From the NCBI GenBank assembly GCA_965655095.1, contig OZ296656.1:7564001-7628000 (forward strand): DNA of 64,000 nucleotides, read 5' to 3'. A program made the position numbers and the translations under genes. This stretch comes from Haplodiscus bocki. Its lineage: Eukaryota. Of the stretch, positions 13,501 to 26,664 are shown piece by piece. Positions within the stretch are counted from its first letter, which is position 1, and every line of letters starts with the position of its first letter. Below the pieces are notes generated by a model. It did no database searches. It had not been told where the DNA came from and was given only the letters and a program-made list of their open reading frames with translations.

Positions 13501-14860
13501 TAAAGTTAACATTGAAGCTTTTTGAAGCCTTGATCAGTACGATGCCCGTTACGTAACCAAAACTTTCAGGCATTTTGAATGTCTTAACTACTTTGAATAT
13601 TTGATCCAACAAACAAACTAGAAACATCTAGACCTATTCTTCCACTAGCAGTAAAAGTTTACGGTGAGACAAATGCATGTGGAACTAACCTACTTACTTC
13701 TCAAAATCAAGGAAGAGTTGTTTTTCGAGCAACTGATCGGCTTTCAAAAACTAGACAGCTCCAGCAAAAAACTTATCTGTAGATTGAACAAGTTAGTCTA
13801 CAGCCTAAAACAAGCCTCTAAAATATGGTATAAAGAACTAGCAAATTTCTTGATTTAAAAGAACGTTGTGCGTAACAAAACCTACTACTGCCTCTTCTGA
13901 AAAACTAAAACGATGAAAAAATTGTCTCCGGTAGGGTTGATGACCAAGTCATTGCCTGACGTAGTTTACAGGACATACAAGAGCTATAAAAATTTTAGGA
14001 TCGAAGTTTAAGATTGACCACCGAGGAAACCTTGGGTGGTTTCCATGAATGCAAGATAGCAAAGACTCTAAAAAGAAACTCCTGAGGAAAATATATTTTT
14101 TGAAAACATCATGGAGCATCAACAGGACAAAAATACATCCAATAGCAAGCTGAGAAAAGCCTTCAGTTAGTGACAACAACTGAGGACGAGGAATTAGTTG
14201 AAGAAAACTATGCAAAAGTGTAGTTAGATCTTCTTTAAACATAGCCAAGCAAACTAAGCCAGACATATTTTGGATAGTGAAGGTGCTCTTACGATTTGTG
14301 GAAAAGCCAGCAAACTCCCATTGGTTGGCTGACAAACGTGTTCTCCGCTATCTTCAAGCCACAAAGTCTCAAACTCTTGTACTAGAGAAATAGTGACTTC
14401 AATCTCACTAGTGAAAGTGATGCAGATTGGAGTGGAGATGATGACAGATCACCCATTGGCTTTTTTTCGAACTGGGATTCAGTGGGGGAGCAGTGAGTTG
14501 GCAAACCAAGAAGCAGCAGACTGTGACTCTCTATTCTTGTGAAGCTGAACATGAGGGTATGGCTGCAATTCGAGAAGTAAACTTCTTGAGATCAAATTTG
14601 TGTGAAATGGGATACCAGCAGGTGCTGGCAACGGCCATTGTTGAAAATAATCAGAGCTGAATCAAACTGGCTACCAACCCTGTGATGCATGAAAAATTCA
14701 AGCATTTCGACAAAAAATACGATTTCAAACAAAAGATTGATGACAACTCAGATCAATTGGTCTACTGCTCTTAACAGGCACCAGATCTGTTGGCGAAAGC
14801 ATTTCTTCAAGTTAAAGGTGAGCAACAACGACAACTATTGGGTCAATTGTTTTCTTCCTC
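10570..14860 (+). pseudogene. Copia gag-pol pseudogene
   Basis: gag VLNSLPESYEHF (ORF 10912); zinc knuckle CFCCGMESHIKTEC (~11335); protease LIVDSGSPNHM (~11527); integrase YTDVGGP, KILRPDIG, FKPKARSHFFLGYS; RT VRQMHVELTYL and CRLNKLVYSLKQASKIWY; RNase H SDADWSGD and WQTKKQQTVTLYSCEAE. Many stops and frameshifts. Confidence 0.9.
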
Positions 14861-15258
14861 AGACTAAGCGAAAAATCTGACTCGTGGTGTTAAAGCTCGA
14901 TCTTAATCGTTTTGTTCTAACCCTGTGACCTAGCCAGAAACTCCAAACTTTCCGTAATATAAACCAAAGTTTCGGATACTCAAGTACGCTCATCTCCAGT
15001 AAATATCGAAGTGCTACTTTTGAAAAATTGTTGTTGATTGTCAAACTTTAATAACGAATATACCAAAGTCCTTCCACAGATCAAAGTTGCCAATCAATGA
15101 CGTGCTTCGCAAATTTAAATTAACAATGTTTTATATTACTTTGAAAAATTGCATTTTCAGATGATGTGTTGCAGGGCAAGGTCAAATTTCTTCCAGAACA
15201 TTACGGAATGAAAAGATGTTTCCAACATTTTTCCAAAAATCCCTCCCCCGAACTTCGC

Positions 15259-15406
15259 TAAATGCCATGTTTATTTTTCCGTGTTATTCTATATACCAAC
15301 ATCTTTTGATACTTTTTCTCTCCAGCAACAAACCTGGTAAAATCAAAAGGCTCTCCAAAGCCTAATGTCCTGTAGTCTCGGATGCCTTACCCGGCCCATA
15401 CCTTAA
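15259..15406 (+). repeat. Direct repeat copy 2 (probable 3' part of 3' LTR)
   Basis: Diverged copy of 10333-10477. Confidence 0.6.
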
Positions 15407-15453
15407 GAGCAAGTTTAGTGACACAGCAAAAATGGAGAAGTGAATGAATTTTT

Positions 15454-15725
15454 ACACAGGCGAAGATGTGCTTCGCAACACTTACTCCTACGGAATAATA
15501 GTCAACAATTCGAACGAGTAAAAGTGATTCACGAAAGGGCCACGTTACTGCAGAAACTACTACTCCGACAATTAAACAGAAATTAACTGTTAATTCTCAT
15601 AAATTTATATACAAGTGTAACAAGTAAGAATGACTTTAAATTGAATCGCTGAATATTTAATTGAAACAAGCACCCAGGCTTAAAATAGGCTACATGAACA
15701 AGTTTGCAACTGGACATGAGCGCAT
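15454..15725. repeat. Dispersed repeat with terminal hairpin, copy 1
   Basis: AGGCGAAGATGTGCTTCGCAACACTT..GGGCCACG..ACAATTAAACA..ATAAATTTA.ATACAAGTGTAACAAGTA is shared with 21476-21727. Confidence 0.8.
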
Positions 15726-16711
15726 GAATAAAACCTAGGCAACATTAGAGTGTAGGCATGAATGCGAGTTGTCAATAGATCGGGAAAAGTAAGCTGAAGC
15801 TTGTGATATAACACTTGCTTGCGCGCGTGAAAACTTTAGTGATTCCATGACGAGATTTTTGTTGAAAATCACGATACTTACATTCTTACGTTTTGCTCAA
15901 GCAAATTTTCACCGAAATATGAAACAATGAAATCTTCGTATCTGGGAAGCTTCTTTGGGCATTTCAAATTGGTATTTAGATTTTTGAGTATTTCTGCTAC
16001 GAATGCTTTCCAATTCGTCGGTATTCGCGAATAGTAGGGAGATCTGACTTCTTGTTATCCGAATAGAACATTAGTGAAACCTATTCTATTCAGGGGTTTC
16101 ACTGGAGAACGCTCGAGAAACGTATTGATGGTATCTCGCGAAATATTACTTTAGATGAATCAGCCGAAATTTAAATGGTACAAAACAGGCGTGAGATTTT
16201 TAAATTTTTAAATGCCTGTTCTTCTCGAAAGTACATGAATGTCAAGCTTTTCCAACATCTGATTTTCCAGCACGTCCATGGAATAATTTGTCAATTTGAC
16301 GCCCTAAACCGATTTGGTTACATCTTAGTACCGTTTGAAATACGTTAGTTCGGCTTCCAAGTTCAAACACTGAAATCGCAGCACGTGAAATGAAAACTTG
16401 TCATTTAATGGCAAACGATTGATTGATAAACGAAATCAGTAGCTAAGCATTCTCGCCCTTCATCAAATATCCCAGTGTTTTTGCAAGAACAAAGATGTCT
16501 GTAGACTACCTGGTCTACAACTACTCAACGTGCTATAGTTCAAGAAAACACTATCCTGAGGTTAAACGATATTCTAGTACTCAAATCTATAACTCAAAAA
16601 TAAATTTTTGCTATTTCAAATAACTCAATTCTCGTCATCAATGCCAAGTCTCGAAAACAAATCAAATATAGTCACAAATACTGAATTGTTCAACAGGCAT
16701 GCTCTCCTCAT

Positions 16712-19700
16712 TCAGTTCATCTGTGAGTCTAGGGATGCAGCGGTCCATTCAGGATGGGATGTTCCGATCTTGTTGAGGATATCGTTCACCTGGGTACACA
16801 CCTGTTTGATTTGATTGTCCCACTGGCTGATCTGGGATGAAGTCTCGAAGTGAACAAATCTAGCTAATTGGTCGATAGAACCGTCCATTCGTTCCTTTTC
16901 AAAAAAATTAATCACTTTATGATGATTTGTCAGAACAAAAAAAAGAAGTTCATCTGCTGCTTTGAAGGACCATTTAAAATGTTCAATGGAACCTATTTAA
17001 TATGTTCAATGGAACCTAACTTTCCTGGGATATCAAAATACCAACATTAAACTTCGCGCATTGTTTGATGTCGTCAAATTCAATCAAATCTCGCTCCCTG
17101 TAGAATTCTTTAAATGAATCTCAGTCAAAATGAATTTGGGAAATTTAACGTTGTTTTAAAAACAAGAAAGGCTTGAATTATTTGTTCACCAAATATTTTC
17201 CAGTGAAACTGCGACAGTTCTCAGATGACAAAAGAATATAAAATTTCGCGGATAAAGGGCATTTTAACCTCTGATATCATTTGGGATGCAAACTTCTCCG
17301 CATTTTCGGCAGACACGCCCAAAAGAGCACCCAACTCGTCAAACGAAATGTTGACATACAGTTTACTTGCAGACAACAAATTGTGTTCAATAACTGCTCG
17401 CTCCAGAATCGTAATGTTTTCAGAAGTCAACGCTTTCTGGTGAGCTGAAACCAAACAAACATTAATACCAGGTTTGAAAAATTACCGAACTGGGCCAATA
17501 TGCCGTCAAGTTTTGAGCAATTATTTTTTATTCATCAATTATAGAGGTGTAGAAAACGTTGCCGTAATAATATTTTGTCAACGCTTCGACTCAAAACTTA
17601 ACGCAAGCTAAATAATAATAATAATAATAATCACATTGTAAAACTTAAGCATAAAACGAATTGTCTTTTTTGTCTTGATCTACGTAAAGTTGGTTATTTG
17701 TCTGAAATTCAAACATTTTTATTGAAGTTTTCCAAGGAAGTTTAGCATCATAGTAACCAAGCAATGAGCTTTCAAACTGTTGGAGCTGTTCGTCTCTCTT
17801 GATAATTCTCTCGAGGTACATTTTTTCCAAGATTGGGAAGGAACTCAATTGTTGACTCCTTTCGTCTTTATATAGAGTAGCTAAAATTCTCGATCTCTGT
17901 TGTCCAGCTCCCGCCAGTATTGCGCATGCTATTGCCATTTTCAGTGCTTCTAGTCTTTCGCTGGCATCCACTATAGACTTGAAGGATATCTCTATATATC
18001 TTTGAGCAGCATCTGAAACAGAAAGGAATATCTTCCAATTACTTTCTAGATAAATCGTAGATAAGACTGTTTTGACATTTTTGAGCGACCGCATCCAATG
18101 CAAAAATGCTAGCCGCTGATAGATTCTGCTTTTCAATTTCTTGAACAAAATATTGAGCACTGAGCATCGTATCAGAAAAGGCAAGGTGAGTGTTTCTAAA
18201 ATGTCAATCACCCCTTTGGGATTCTGGCATTTAATCGACTGAGCTGAAACTTCGTGCCACAAAAAATGAATTTTCTAGTGAAATCGTGAAGAATACACAG
18301 CAAAAATGAAGAAAGCATTTTCTAACCAACAAATTTACGTCTGTAATCTTGCACTCTGGCGTAGCATACTTTAAAGAGAATGTGCAGCTTTTCGTTTTTC
18401 ACTTCGTTCTGAAGAAGACCACTTCTGTTGATGTACGTCTCTGCTTCTACTGGATCATCGTCTTCCAAATACAGTCGCGCTATCTTCAGATATGTTTCCA
18501 TTTTGTACTCTGCTGTGTACTTCTTTTGTCCATCAAATTTGATCCCAATCTGAAACAAAATCACCAACTGAAAGAAATACAACTTCAAATGATCTTCACG
18601 AATCCTCTCTCAAATATCAATCATCACATGGATTTTGAAAAAAAAGCTATTTTAATTCGAATCGATGATATTCTAATCTGCCTTCCTTAATAGCTTCTCT
18701 ATGCATTCCTGGTAGTAGAGACCAGGAAGAAAGCCGGAAGGAACTCAAAATGGTTAAATTAGTGTGATACCCACTTTCTCAATCTTGCATTTCTTTTGAA
18801 ATCTCTAGCATTAAATTTTTCGTGACACAGATATGCCCTTTTGTATGCCCAAATTTGTTACAAATAAAAGCTTGAAAATTTTTGTGAAAACAACTTATAT
18901 AATCAAAAATTCTGCACTATTTTTCTGCGTTGGGTCGACGGGCCGTGACGACTCTGAGCTGTTCTTGGCTTTTCTATTCATTTGAGAGGCAAATCTGAAC
19001 ATGACCAGAATGTATTGAGTTTATATGTAATTATAACTTGGAGAAGATGACAATTGGTAGGGAATTAGAGAAGTCTAGACTGTGGGACAATACCTTCTAT
19101 TTCCAGCACATGCATGTTGCCCATGTCAAGTACTGCAAGTAGTAAGCATAAAAATTTAAATAGTCTGCTAAAATTTAAATTGTCAAAAACAGGATTTGAC
19201 AACGCATGCAAAATTGATGGAATTATTTCAACTCTAAATGAATGTACGATGAAATTGGTTCAAGTAGCAACATTTTTATTCCAATTTGACAGAACTCGTA
19301 TCTTGAAAGGAACGTGTGTTTAATTTAAAAATGGTTACTTACAAAAATACATCAAATACTGTAGCAAGCATGTTCCTCGTCGCAAAGAAAAAATGACCTG
19401 GTTTACAACACAGTTTTTGCTGAAAAACATTGTTTGAACAGTTTGCTGTTTTATGGCCTCTCAATTTTTTCCTCAAAAAGTAAAACTATATGTTTGACTC
19501 CAAGGTTTCAGTTTTTTACGTATTTCAAAAGACCTCGATAACTCAAACGTTTCTACACAATACAAGTCACCTTTCCCGCTAGTATGTACCATTTTTATCT
19601 CGAATTTTTCGAAGGTCAAAATTATTGTGATCATGTCTATGAAAAGGACAGAGAGGAAGGTTTCAGCTTGTTGATTCAGCATAATTGTAGAAATTAGCTG

Positions 19701-20723
19701 TTTGCGGGTTGCTCACCTAAATTTAAGGTTCATTTCAAAAATTTTGGGCTGAAAAACTTTTCAGGTTTTCATTTTATATTTTATTTGTCCAGCCGGAACC
19801 GGATAGGAAAGAACAAAGGAAGGAAATTCAGCTTTGGGACGGCCTAAAATTCCGGTACACTTCTAGCTTCAAGTATGAAATGCAGTTTCACCAGAATGCT
19901 GGCAGCTTGTCTCCAGTTGTGTTCCTTCTCGTACACCAGCGCTAGATGTTGTCGCAAGGTGGCCACTTGGTCTTCAAAGGAGAGAACTCGAGGCTGCATC
20001 TTCTCCAGAGCATACAGACCAACTGACTTCACTATCAACACATTCTCGATTGACTGCAAGGTACTAAAAACAAAAGAATGCTTTTCTATCCCTATGAAGC
20101 TGAGAATATTCGCTACTGCTGCACACCAGAGTAATCAAATGCATTATCCAGAACTATCAAAACTGGTTCTCAACTCGCAGTGAGAAGGAATCATTTGGAG
20201 TTTTTGGAGGAACTTCCGACTTTTTTTCGAAAAACAGATAAAGCCGAGTTAAAGACATTTTCGTCTTCATCCTGGTTTTTCTTTAAGCTGCGATGAGGTC
20301 TTTTGGTCACGGAAAAAAATTTCAAAATTCTTTACAGAAGAAAGAAAGTTGATTTATTTGGATGCTATCAACTATTTATACCGACTCGCAGCCCAGATCT
20401 TTGCCCAAAATTATCACCCTGTTCTCAAAATAACGCATTTTCCAACTTCTCGCAAAAATTAAAATACCACTGTGTATTCCAATATAACTGGAAACTTACT
20501 TGACAAGTTCGGATAACTGCTGTCTTGACGTCACAACACTCATGTCTTCATTAACGAGTAAGTCTGTCAAGCTACAAAGGGCCGTTTCCAAGTCATCGTG
20601 ATTGGTCAGTTTCAGTATCTCGGGCCACATCAGCCGAAATTTCTCAGCCAACTGTGATTGGTTGATAGACTGTCGGTTTGAAAGCAGTTCTATCTCGCGT
20701 TGAATGTTTGAAATTGACGTCAT
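16712..20723 (-). CDS. COPS4: COP9 signalosome subunit 4; 6 coding exons: 20723-20500, 20063-19892, 18549-18327, 18012-17758, 17444-17269, 16894-16712 (410 aa)
   Basis: Diagnostic peptides [72 protein letters not shown]. All five introns are GT-AG with consistent phases; spliced length 1233 nt. Confidence 0.97.
17611..17631. repeat. (AAT)7 microsatellite in COPS4 intron 4
   Basis: aataataataataataataat. Confidence 0.9.
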
Positions 20724-21362
20724 GATCAACTGAAAAGAACATCGAAATTTTGAAATTTCAGTTGACACCTGTTTTTGCTTGTTGCTCAATGAACCTGACT
20801 ACACTCAAAATTCCGTAAATATCTTGAATCAACATCCGAAAAACGTGCCCATATTTGTCATTCAATTTCCACAGGTAGCACACGATAAAAAATTTCTCAT
20901 TTCGATATGCATTTGCCCCGAAACAGTTGTTAATCTAAGGCAGGCACGACACGAAAATCCTTATAAACCCTCCGCATGTTTTATGAGACAATGAATGTCA
21001 GAGGTTGTCACTGTGCGATCTGAGCAAACTGGTCATCAATTTTCGGAAACATATTCATTACTATCTTTACTCAACGTTTCAAAGAGACCAACATGGAGTT
21101 TTAAATTGTTACACAATAAACAACTTTTTCATTGATAAGTTTGAGCAGGAGCAGCGAAAACGTATTCGCCATGTCCAAAGATAAACATAGATTTTTTTCC
21201 GCCGCCAGTTATCATTCACTTCATTGCCAGCTAAGAGTAGTGTTTCGGTGGGAACTCACAGGTCAGCAATCTTTAATACTTCCAATTATGAACTGTTACA
21301 ATTTAGCGCGACCCCAACAGGTACATTGTCTAATAATTCCACAATATTCTCAAAGGATTAAG

Positions 21363-22169
21363 TCAAGATTTGCGCACACGCATCTGTCGAATATGTCGGC
21401 CCGGTACAATCACAAGTCCAACTTGCCGGCTTTCCGAAGCTGAAACAAGAAGTCCAAAATTAATCGAAAATCCGACACATAGGCGAAGCTGTGCTTCGCA
21501 ACACTTGGGCCAACGGAATACTGATTTTTGAAGGGGCCACGGTTCTACGTCAACTACTCATTAAACAATTAAACAAAAATTAATAACTCAGTTAACTCTT
21601 ATAAATTTAAATACAAGTGTAACAAGTACGAACGGCTGTACCAATTAATTCTCTTAAAATGAAAAAAATAAAGGCGCAGGCCGGAGGATAGTCCACGTGA
21701 ACAAATTTCTGCAAAAGCGCGAGAGCCTGTAATTTAATTACACTTACTAGCGCAACTGTAAAATGATTTTTTTGGACAGGCACATTAGAAAAGGCATGCT
21801 CAAATAGAGCTTGTTTCCCAGGGGAAATTTTCCAAAAAAATTACAAGGATATTTCAAGTTACTCGGTCACCGTAGCTTAGTCAACAAAGATTACGAGAAA
21901 AATGTTGCGATCAGATCATATTTGTAAGGTTAACCTGGTTTTCCAGGACAGTATTCCTGAGTTCCTCCAAGAATGACGTTTGCATCTTTGTCGGTGCAGA
22001 GGAACTCTCCAACTACGATTCTGCCGTCAGTGATGGTAATGGCCATCTCCTTGTTCAAGCAACTCTCAATCAACTCAATTTTCTTTCTCTGCTCATCACC
22101 TGACATTTCATAAGAATTATCTGTCACCTGAACTGATAAGTTCTTGCCTGTTATTTGTAGATCTCCCAT
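21363..22169 (-). CDS. NAA38: NatC auxiliary subunit (LSM-domain protein LSMD1/MAK31); exons 22169-21935 and 21439-21363 (103 aa)
   Basis: Sm1 motif LNKEMAITITDGRIVVGEFLCTDKDANVILGGTQEY; second exon after TTTCAG reads (A)SESRQVGLVIVPGRHIRQMRVRKS* (Sm2 motif); phase-1 GT-AG intron. Confidence 0.9.
21476..21727. repeat. Dispersed repeat with terminal hairpin, copy 2 (inside NAA38 intron)
   Basis: Homologous to 15454-15725; GCGAAG-CTGTG-CTTCGC stem-loop. Confidence 0.8.
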
Positions 22170-22668
22170 ATTTACTGATACGGTAAATTCTATCTTGCGA
22201 TTACTAGTGAATGCATTTGTATCTGAAATATCATGATTTTTTTAAACTGATAATCGATGCTTTCATACCTTATGACGATATAACTACCAAAGAAGTGTAA
22301 AACAAGCTGAGATGACTCACAGTCGGTGCTGTCCAACGGGATCCTATGTTGTAGCGGTTATCACAAAAAGTGCTCTCATTCCCTTTTCAAAAATTATGTA
22401 TGAGGCAGGGAACTTGTAAAAGCAATGTTTTGGTACTTCCGATTTCATTTTCTTAGGGCTAAATAAAGTGGAGTGTTGCGATAATTGCTGATATGGCAGT
22501 TTTTTCAAAATTGGAATAGGTGCGAAGGGCGGGGCATCACGAAAGAAATGGACCAATAAGCCAACCATCAGCTGAACTAGCAGACACCAAAAAATTCGAG
22601 AATTGGAAATATGAAACTGTCCTTCTGGCAAGGCTCGAACATCGATGCTTTTTGCTTGATAAAAATAA

Positions 22669-22702
22669 AACAAGACAGCCGGCTAGCACCGGCATATTTT
22701 TC
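22669..22702 (+). repeat. ACAAGAC-CCGG-hairpin motif, copy 1
   Basis: aacaagacagccggctagcaccggcatatttttc matches copies at 28218, 28743 (inverted) and 29045. Confidence 0.75.
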
Positions 22703-25700
22703 GAACGAACTATAATTAAATCGACAATTTTTGTATTCAGTGTACGGAGAAATGGTCTAGAGATTAAGCAAGTCTTTAATCTGCGAAGCCGAGGATCGAA
22801 TCTGTCTATTGAATTTCTTTTACTAGTGAAATAGGCAAAAAGTATCTGAACAAACATTAAAAACGACCATACTCATCGAATAATTAATAAATTTTCGTCT
22901 AGATTCAAAATATGGCCCAAAAAATACCAAGGATTCTGTATTTTCAGCAGCCAAAAGAGCGTTTCTGTTTTCAGATATTGTTTCTCTGGCATTTTCAGCC
23001 CTTCGTTCCAAAAAACAGAAACAGAAGCAACTATACAATTGCCAACAACAACGAAATTCTAACCTTATTTGCATTGCTCAAAACAGAACCGATACCTCAG
23101 ACACCATTGCAAAATCCACTTGTTTTTTCTTTCTAAAAAGTTACTTTACAAGGCTCCAATTGAGGAGGTTTTTTCATTTCGGAAAAACAACTCAAAAATG
23201 GGAAAAAGCTTTGAATGAATCCCAGGATTAAACAACGATTCAACCGTAATATTTTTTTTAAAAAAAAAGTAAAAAGCCATTTTAAAAAATGCCAAAGACG
23301 AAATTGCATCCAATTCTCGCCGATTTTGAAAACATAGGCCACTGGCGGGGCTAGGATGTCGCAGCATTTGAAAATGAAAGGGACTTTATGTGTGAGAACA
23401 AAAATCAATCAGAGTTAGTGGTATCTGCTGAAATTTTCAGGAAAATGGTGTAAATATACGAAAGTATCACCTTCGAATGAAATTGTAGCACAAAAGCTGT
23501 TTTGGATGACAAAAGATCAGAAACACTCCGAAAAACGCAAAATTGTCAATTTTTGGCCAACTTTAAAGCGATCAAAAACTCAATTTTCAAAACTTTACAG
23601 ATGCCCGCTAAACTAAGTAAGAAGTATTATTGTGTCGATTTGACTGAGACTCGTAGCTAAAAAGTTGATTTGGTTGTCGAAAGGAGCGACAGTAGCGATT
23701 TAAACTACCGGCTATATAAAAATTGCAAACTCTTTTGTACGGTTTATGACGCGTTAGTTACGTTTTTGAGGTAAAAAGCTGCTTTTTAAAAAGTACGCAG
23801 CTTTAGGGCTTACTATGTAGCAACTGAGGTTGAACCATTAAGTGAGGGAGAAACGTTCGGGTTATGGTTTTCTGATCTGTCGAAAAAGGTCGAGTAGTCC
23901 TTCCCTATAATATCTGTCTCCTTTAGCTTCAAAATTGATAAAAACATGTGGAAAACAATCCAAAAATACTGAAGTGAGCCCCCCTCAACTCGGTCTGAAT
24001 GCAGTAAGCTTCCGATAGAACCCTAGATTATTATCACAAAGTTTCGCCATTCAGAAAACTTTCTTCAAACTGAAAACCAAAAAAAGTTATTTCCCTCAAC
24101 TTAACAATGCGAACGTTTTTATTGTATTGATTTATGCTATTTTATAAGCTAAGAAATAGATTTCGAAGACAACCGGGAAAATTCCGGGAAAACGTAACAT
24201 AAGTTTCCATCTACTTCAAAAAAAACTATACTTTTTATTGAAAACGTTCAATTTAACGAATGTTATACGTTTGCATTACTTTATCTTATATTCGTGACCA
24301 GAAAATTATTTTGAACACAGAGATTTCAAAAGAAAGATGGAAACAACGATTAAATGATCATAGTGTTCGAGGAAATCACTTTCGAAAGCATCATTCTGGA
24401 ATAAGCATATGTAAATTTTGAAATTAAAATTGAAATCTTTCCCGCATAACGTACAAAAGGGGAGATACCTGACTCGCAGTAGTTCTTGCTAACTAGAAGT
24501 AGTTATTTGAAATTTGATGATTGAAATCCGCGCAAAAATGTTGAAAATCTTCGAAAACATAATTCTGCTAGAAAGTAATCCAAGTTTCGAAGTTTAATCT
24601 GAATAATTTTACGATTAATGTTTGCAAATGGGTATCCATGGCTTCCATCAAATTTTCCGAACTGCAACTAGTTTTATTGAAATCGGGCGATAGCAATCCG
24701 GACATTATTGTACCAGAAAATCTTTATGAAAATATCATTTCGCTACAAAAAATTATCAAAATGTCCGGATATTTTCAAACTGGATATCTAAATTTCAAGC
24801 TGAAATTTTCTCCGGATAATGTTTGTTGATAATGGAGATCATTTGCATCCAGAAGACTTTCCGAACAGCTAGAGCTTGAAAGAAATGTGGAAGATTACAA
24901 TCAAATACTAAGCAAGGTAAACAAAATTTTAAATAATTAAGGCTACTTCGTTATGCTAAGACAAAAAAAGGAACGTCAATCGTAATAATCTGACGCTACC
25001 AGCTTGAATAACAGCTAATGCAACACGATAGTCATCCTCAAATTCTCTAAGGAAAGGAAACATTTTTTTCGTGTCCCAAATTTTTTCAAAAACGGTGGGG
25101 GTATCATCATCATACAGCAAAAACTGTGCAAATCGGTTTTCTAAATTATTCAAGCTGGAATTATTCCATTTTACCCAGAATCGATACGCTCTTGAATCTG
25201 AATTTTATTTGAAACTTCAACAAAAGTGCACCAGTGTCGCAATGTGGGTATATTTTCAGCCCCGTATTGGGCGAACTGTTCCACCACTTTAATGAAAAAT
25301 TAACTTTCGACTTCTAAGCTACAGGTAGTTTAGAGGACTGGACAAAACGGCCCCGAATCGAAACGTTGCTGGTTTGAATTTCAGGTTAAACCAACTCAGA
25401 CTATTTTCATACTTTTATGTAACTAAAAAAATTTCTGACATTACGAAAAAAAAATTGATTATCCCTACGCTTGACAAAAAAATACCCAAGTCGACGCTAC
25501 ACCCTGAAACGCATAATACCCCCAACACTGAAAAATTTAAAACACTAGTTTATTTTTTCGTTTTCACGGCTTATCGCAATTTTTCGAGCAAAATATATGC
25601 CTTAACAAGCTGCAAAAATCGGCTTCGATACACTCCTCTCATTTAGGCCATCGTACATTTTATGACACAGTTAGACTTCCATTTTTTCTACGTCCAAAAC

Positions 25701-26664
25701 TTTTGAGGCTTTTCACCATCACGGACTTGGCTATTTCCTGCTTGTTCTCACTTTGAATAAATTGTTCAGTGAAACCTCCAATCACAAAATACGAAATTCT
25801 TAACAGGTCATCCATCCTCTACCTGTTCAACTAGACTATCTTGCCGACAATTTGTGAGAATTTTGTAAAAAGAGTTGAAGATCTAAGATTTTATTAATGC
25901 AATCAATTTTTATAGTAGTAGCATTTGTCTCCTGACCTCGCACTCCTCTCGTCCTCATAATCTGGTCTGGGAGGGTCAAGTCGCATCAAAGGTGCAAATG
26001 GGGAATTTGCAGTATTACATTAACATTGAGATGCTTCCAAAAACCTCTTCCCATTGTGCACGCAGACCAGTTTCAATTCATTGCCTTGCAACTTCTTAAT
26101 TAATTAGTTTATTGAACACGAAGGACATGGTGACCCTAGATTTCAGAATAAGCGATACAGAACATCATTACAGAAAAAGTTGACGCCATTTCGAATTTCT
26201 AAGTACTGCTAGAAAAAATGAGGATCAGTTTTGGGGAGGGACCCCCCACGGCAGCAGCGGCGGGGGTTTCAAAGTAAACAATTTGGAAATAAGTCAAAAC
26301 AGCATTTCAACAAAGATCATTAAATATCATTGTTCAGCTACTCAAGTTTAAAAAATTAATAATTTTTGGAAGCATATCCAATCAATTTCGACGACTATAA
26401 TTTTCGAAATACTCCAGTTCAAAGTTGAATCGTTACTGCTGCTATTTCGTATTATTCGTCGTGATCGCAAATTTGTTCACGTTCCAAAAAGTTGTAGATT
26501 CGATACAGTTGGCAAAAATTTTAATATTTCAATTATGTAAGTTGGTGAAACGGTGGTAACTTCCGTTTACAGAATTGGACATGACATCATGAGCACGTGA
26601 GGGAGGATAGGGACGAAGAGAGGTTGCACTTAGGGAGTGTGAGGGGAGGAGTGTGCTCTTACCA

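Larger units (their letters stand above)
10333..15406 (+). mobile_element. Degenerate Ty1/copia LTR retrotransposon
   Basis: Domain order gag-PR-INT-RT-RNaseH. ..TTAACA followed by PBS-like GGTTATC at 10480; decayed PPT-like sequence followed by TGTTAAAG at ~14888; flanking ~145-bp direct repeats. Confidence 0.9.

Noticed and set aside
17645-18262. 205-aa ORF as a standalone gene
   Set aside because: COPS4 exon 4 with read-through into flanking introns.
23000-26000. Short ORFs and TCCGGA-rich stretch in the intergenic region
   Set aside because: AT-rich with no protein similarity; repeat boundaries not definable.
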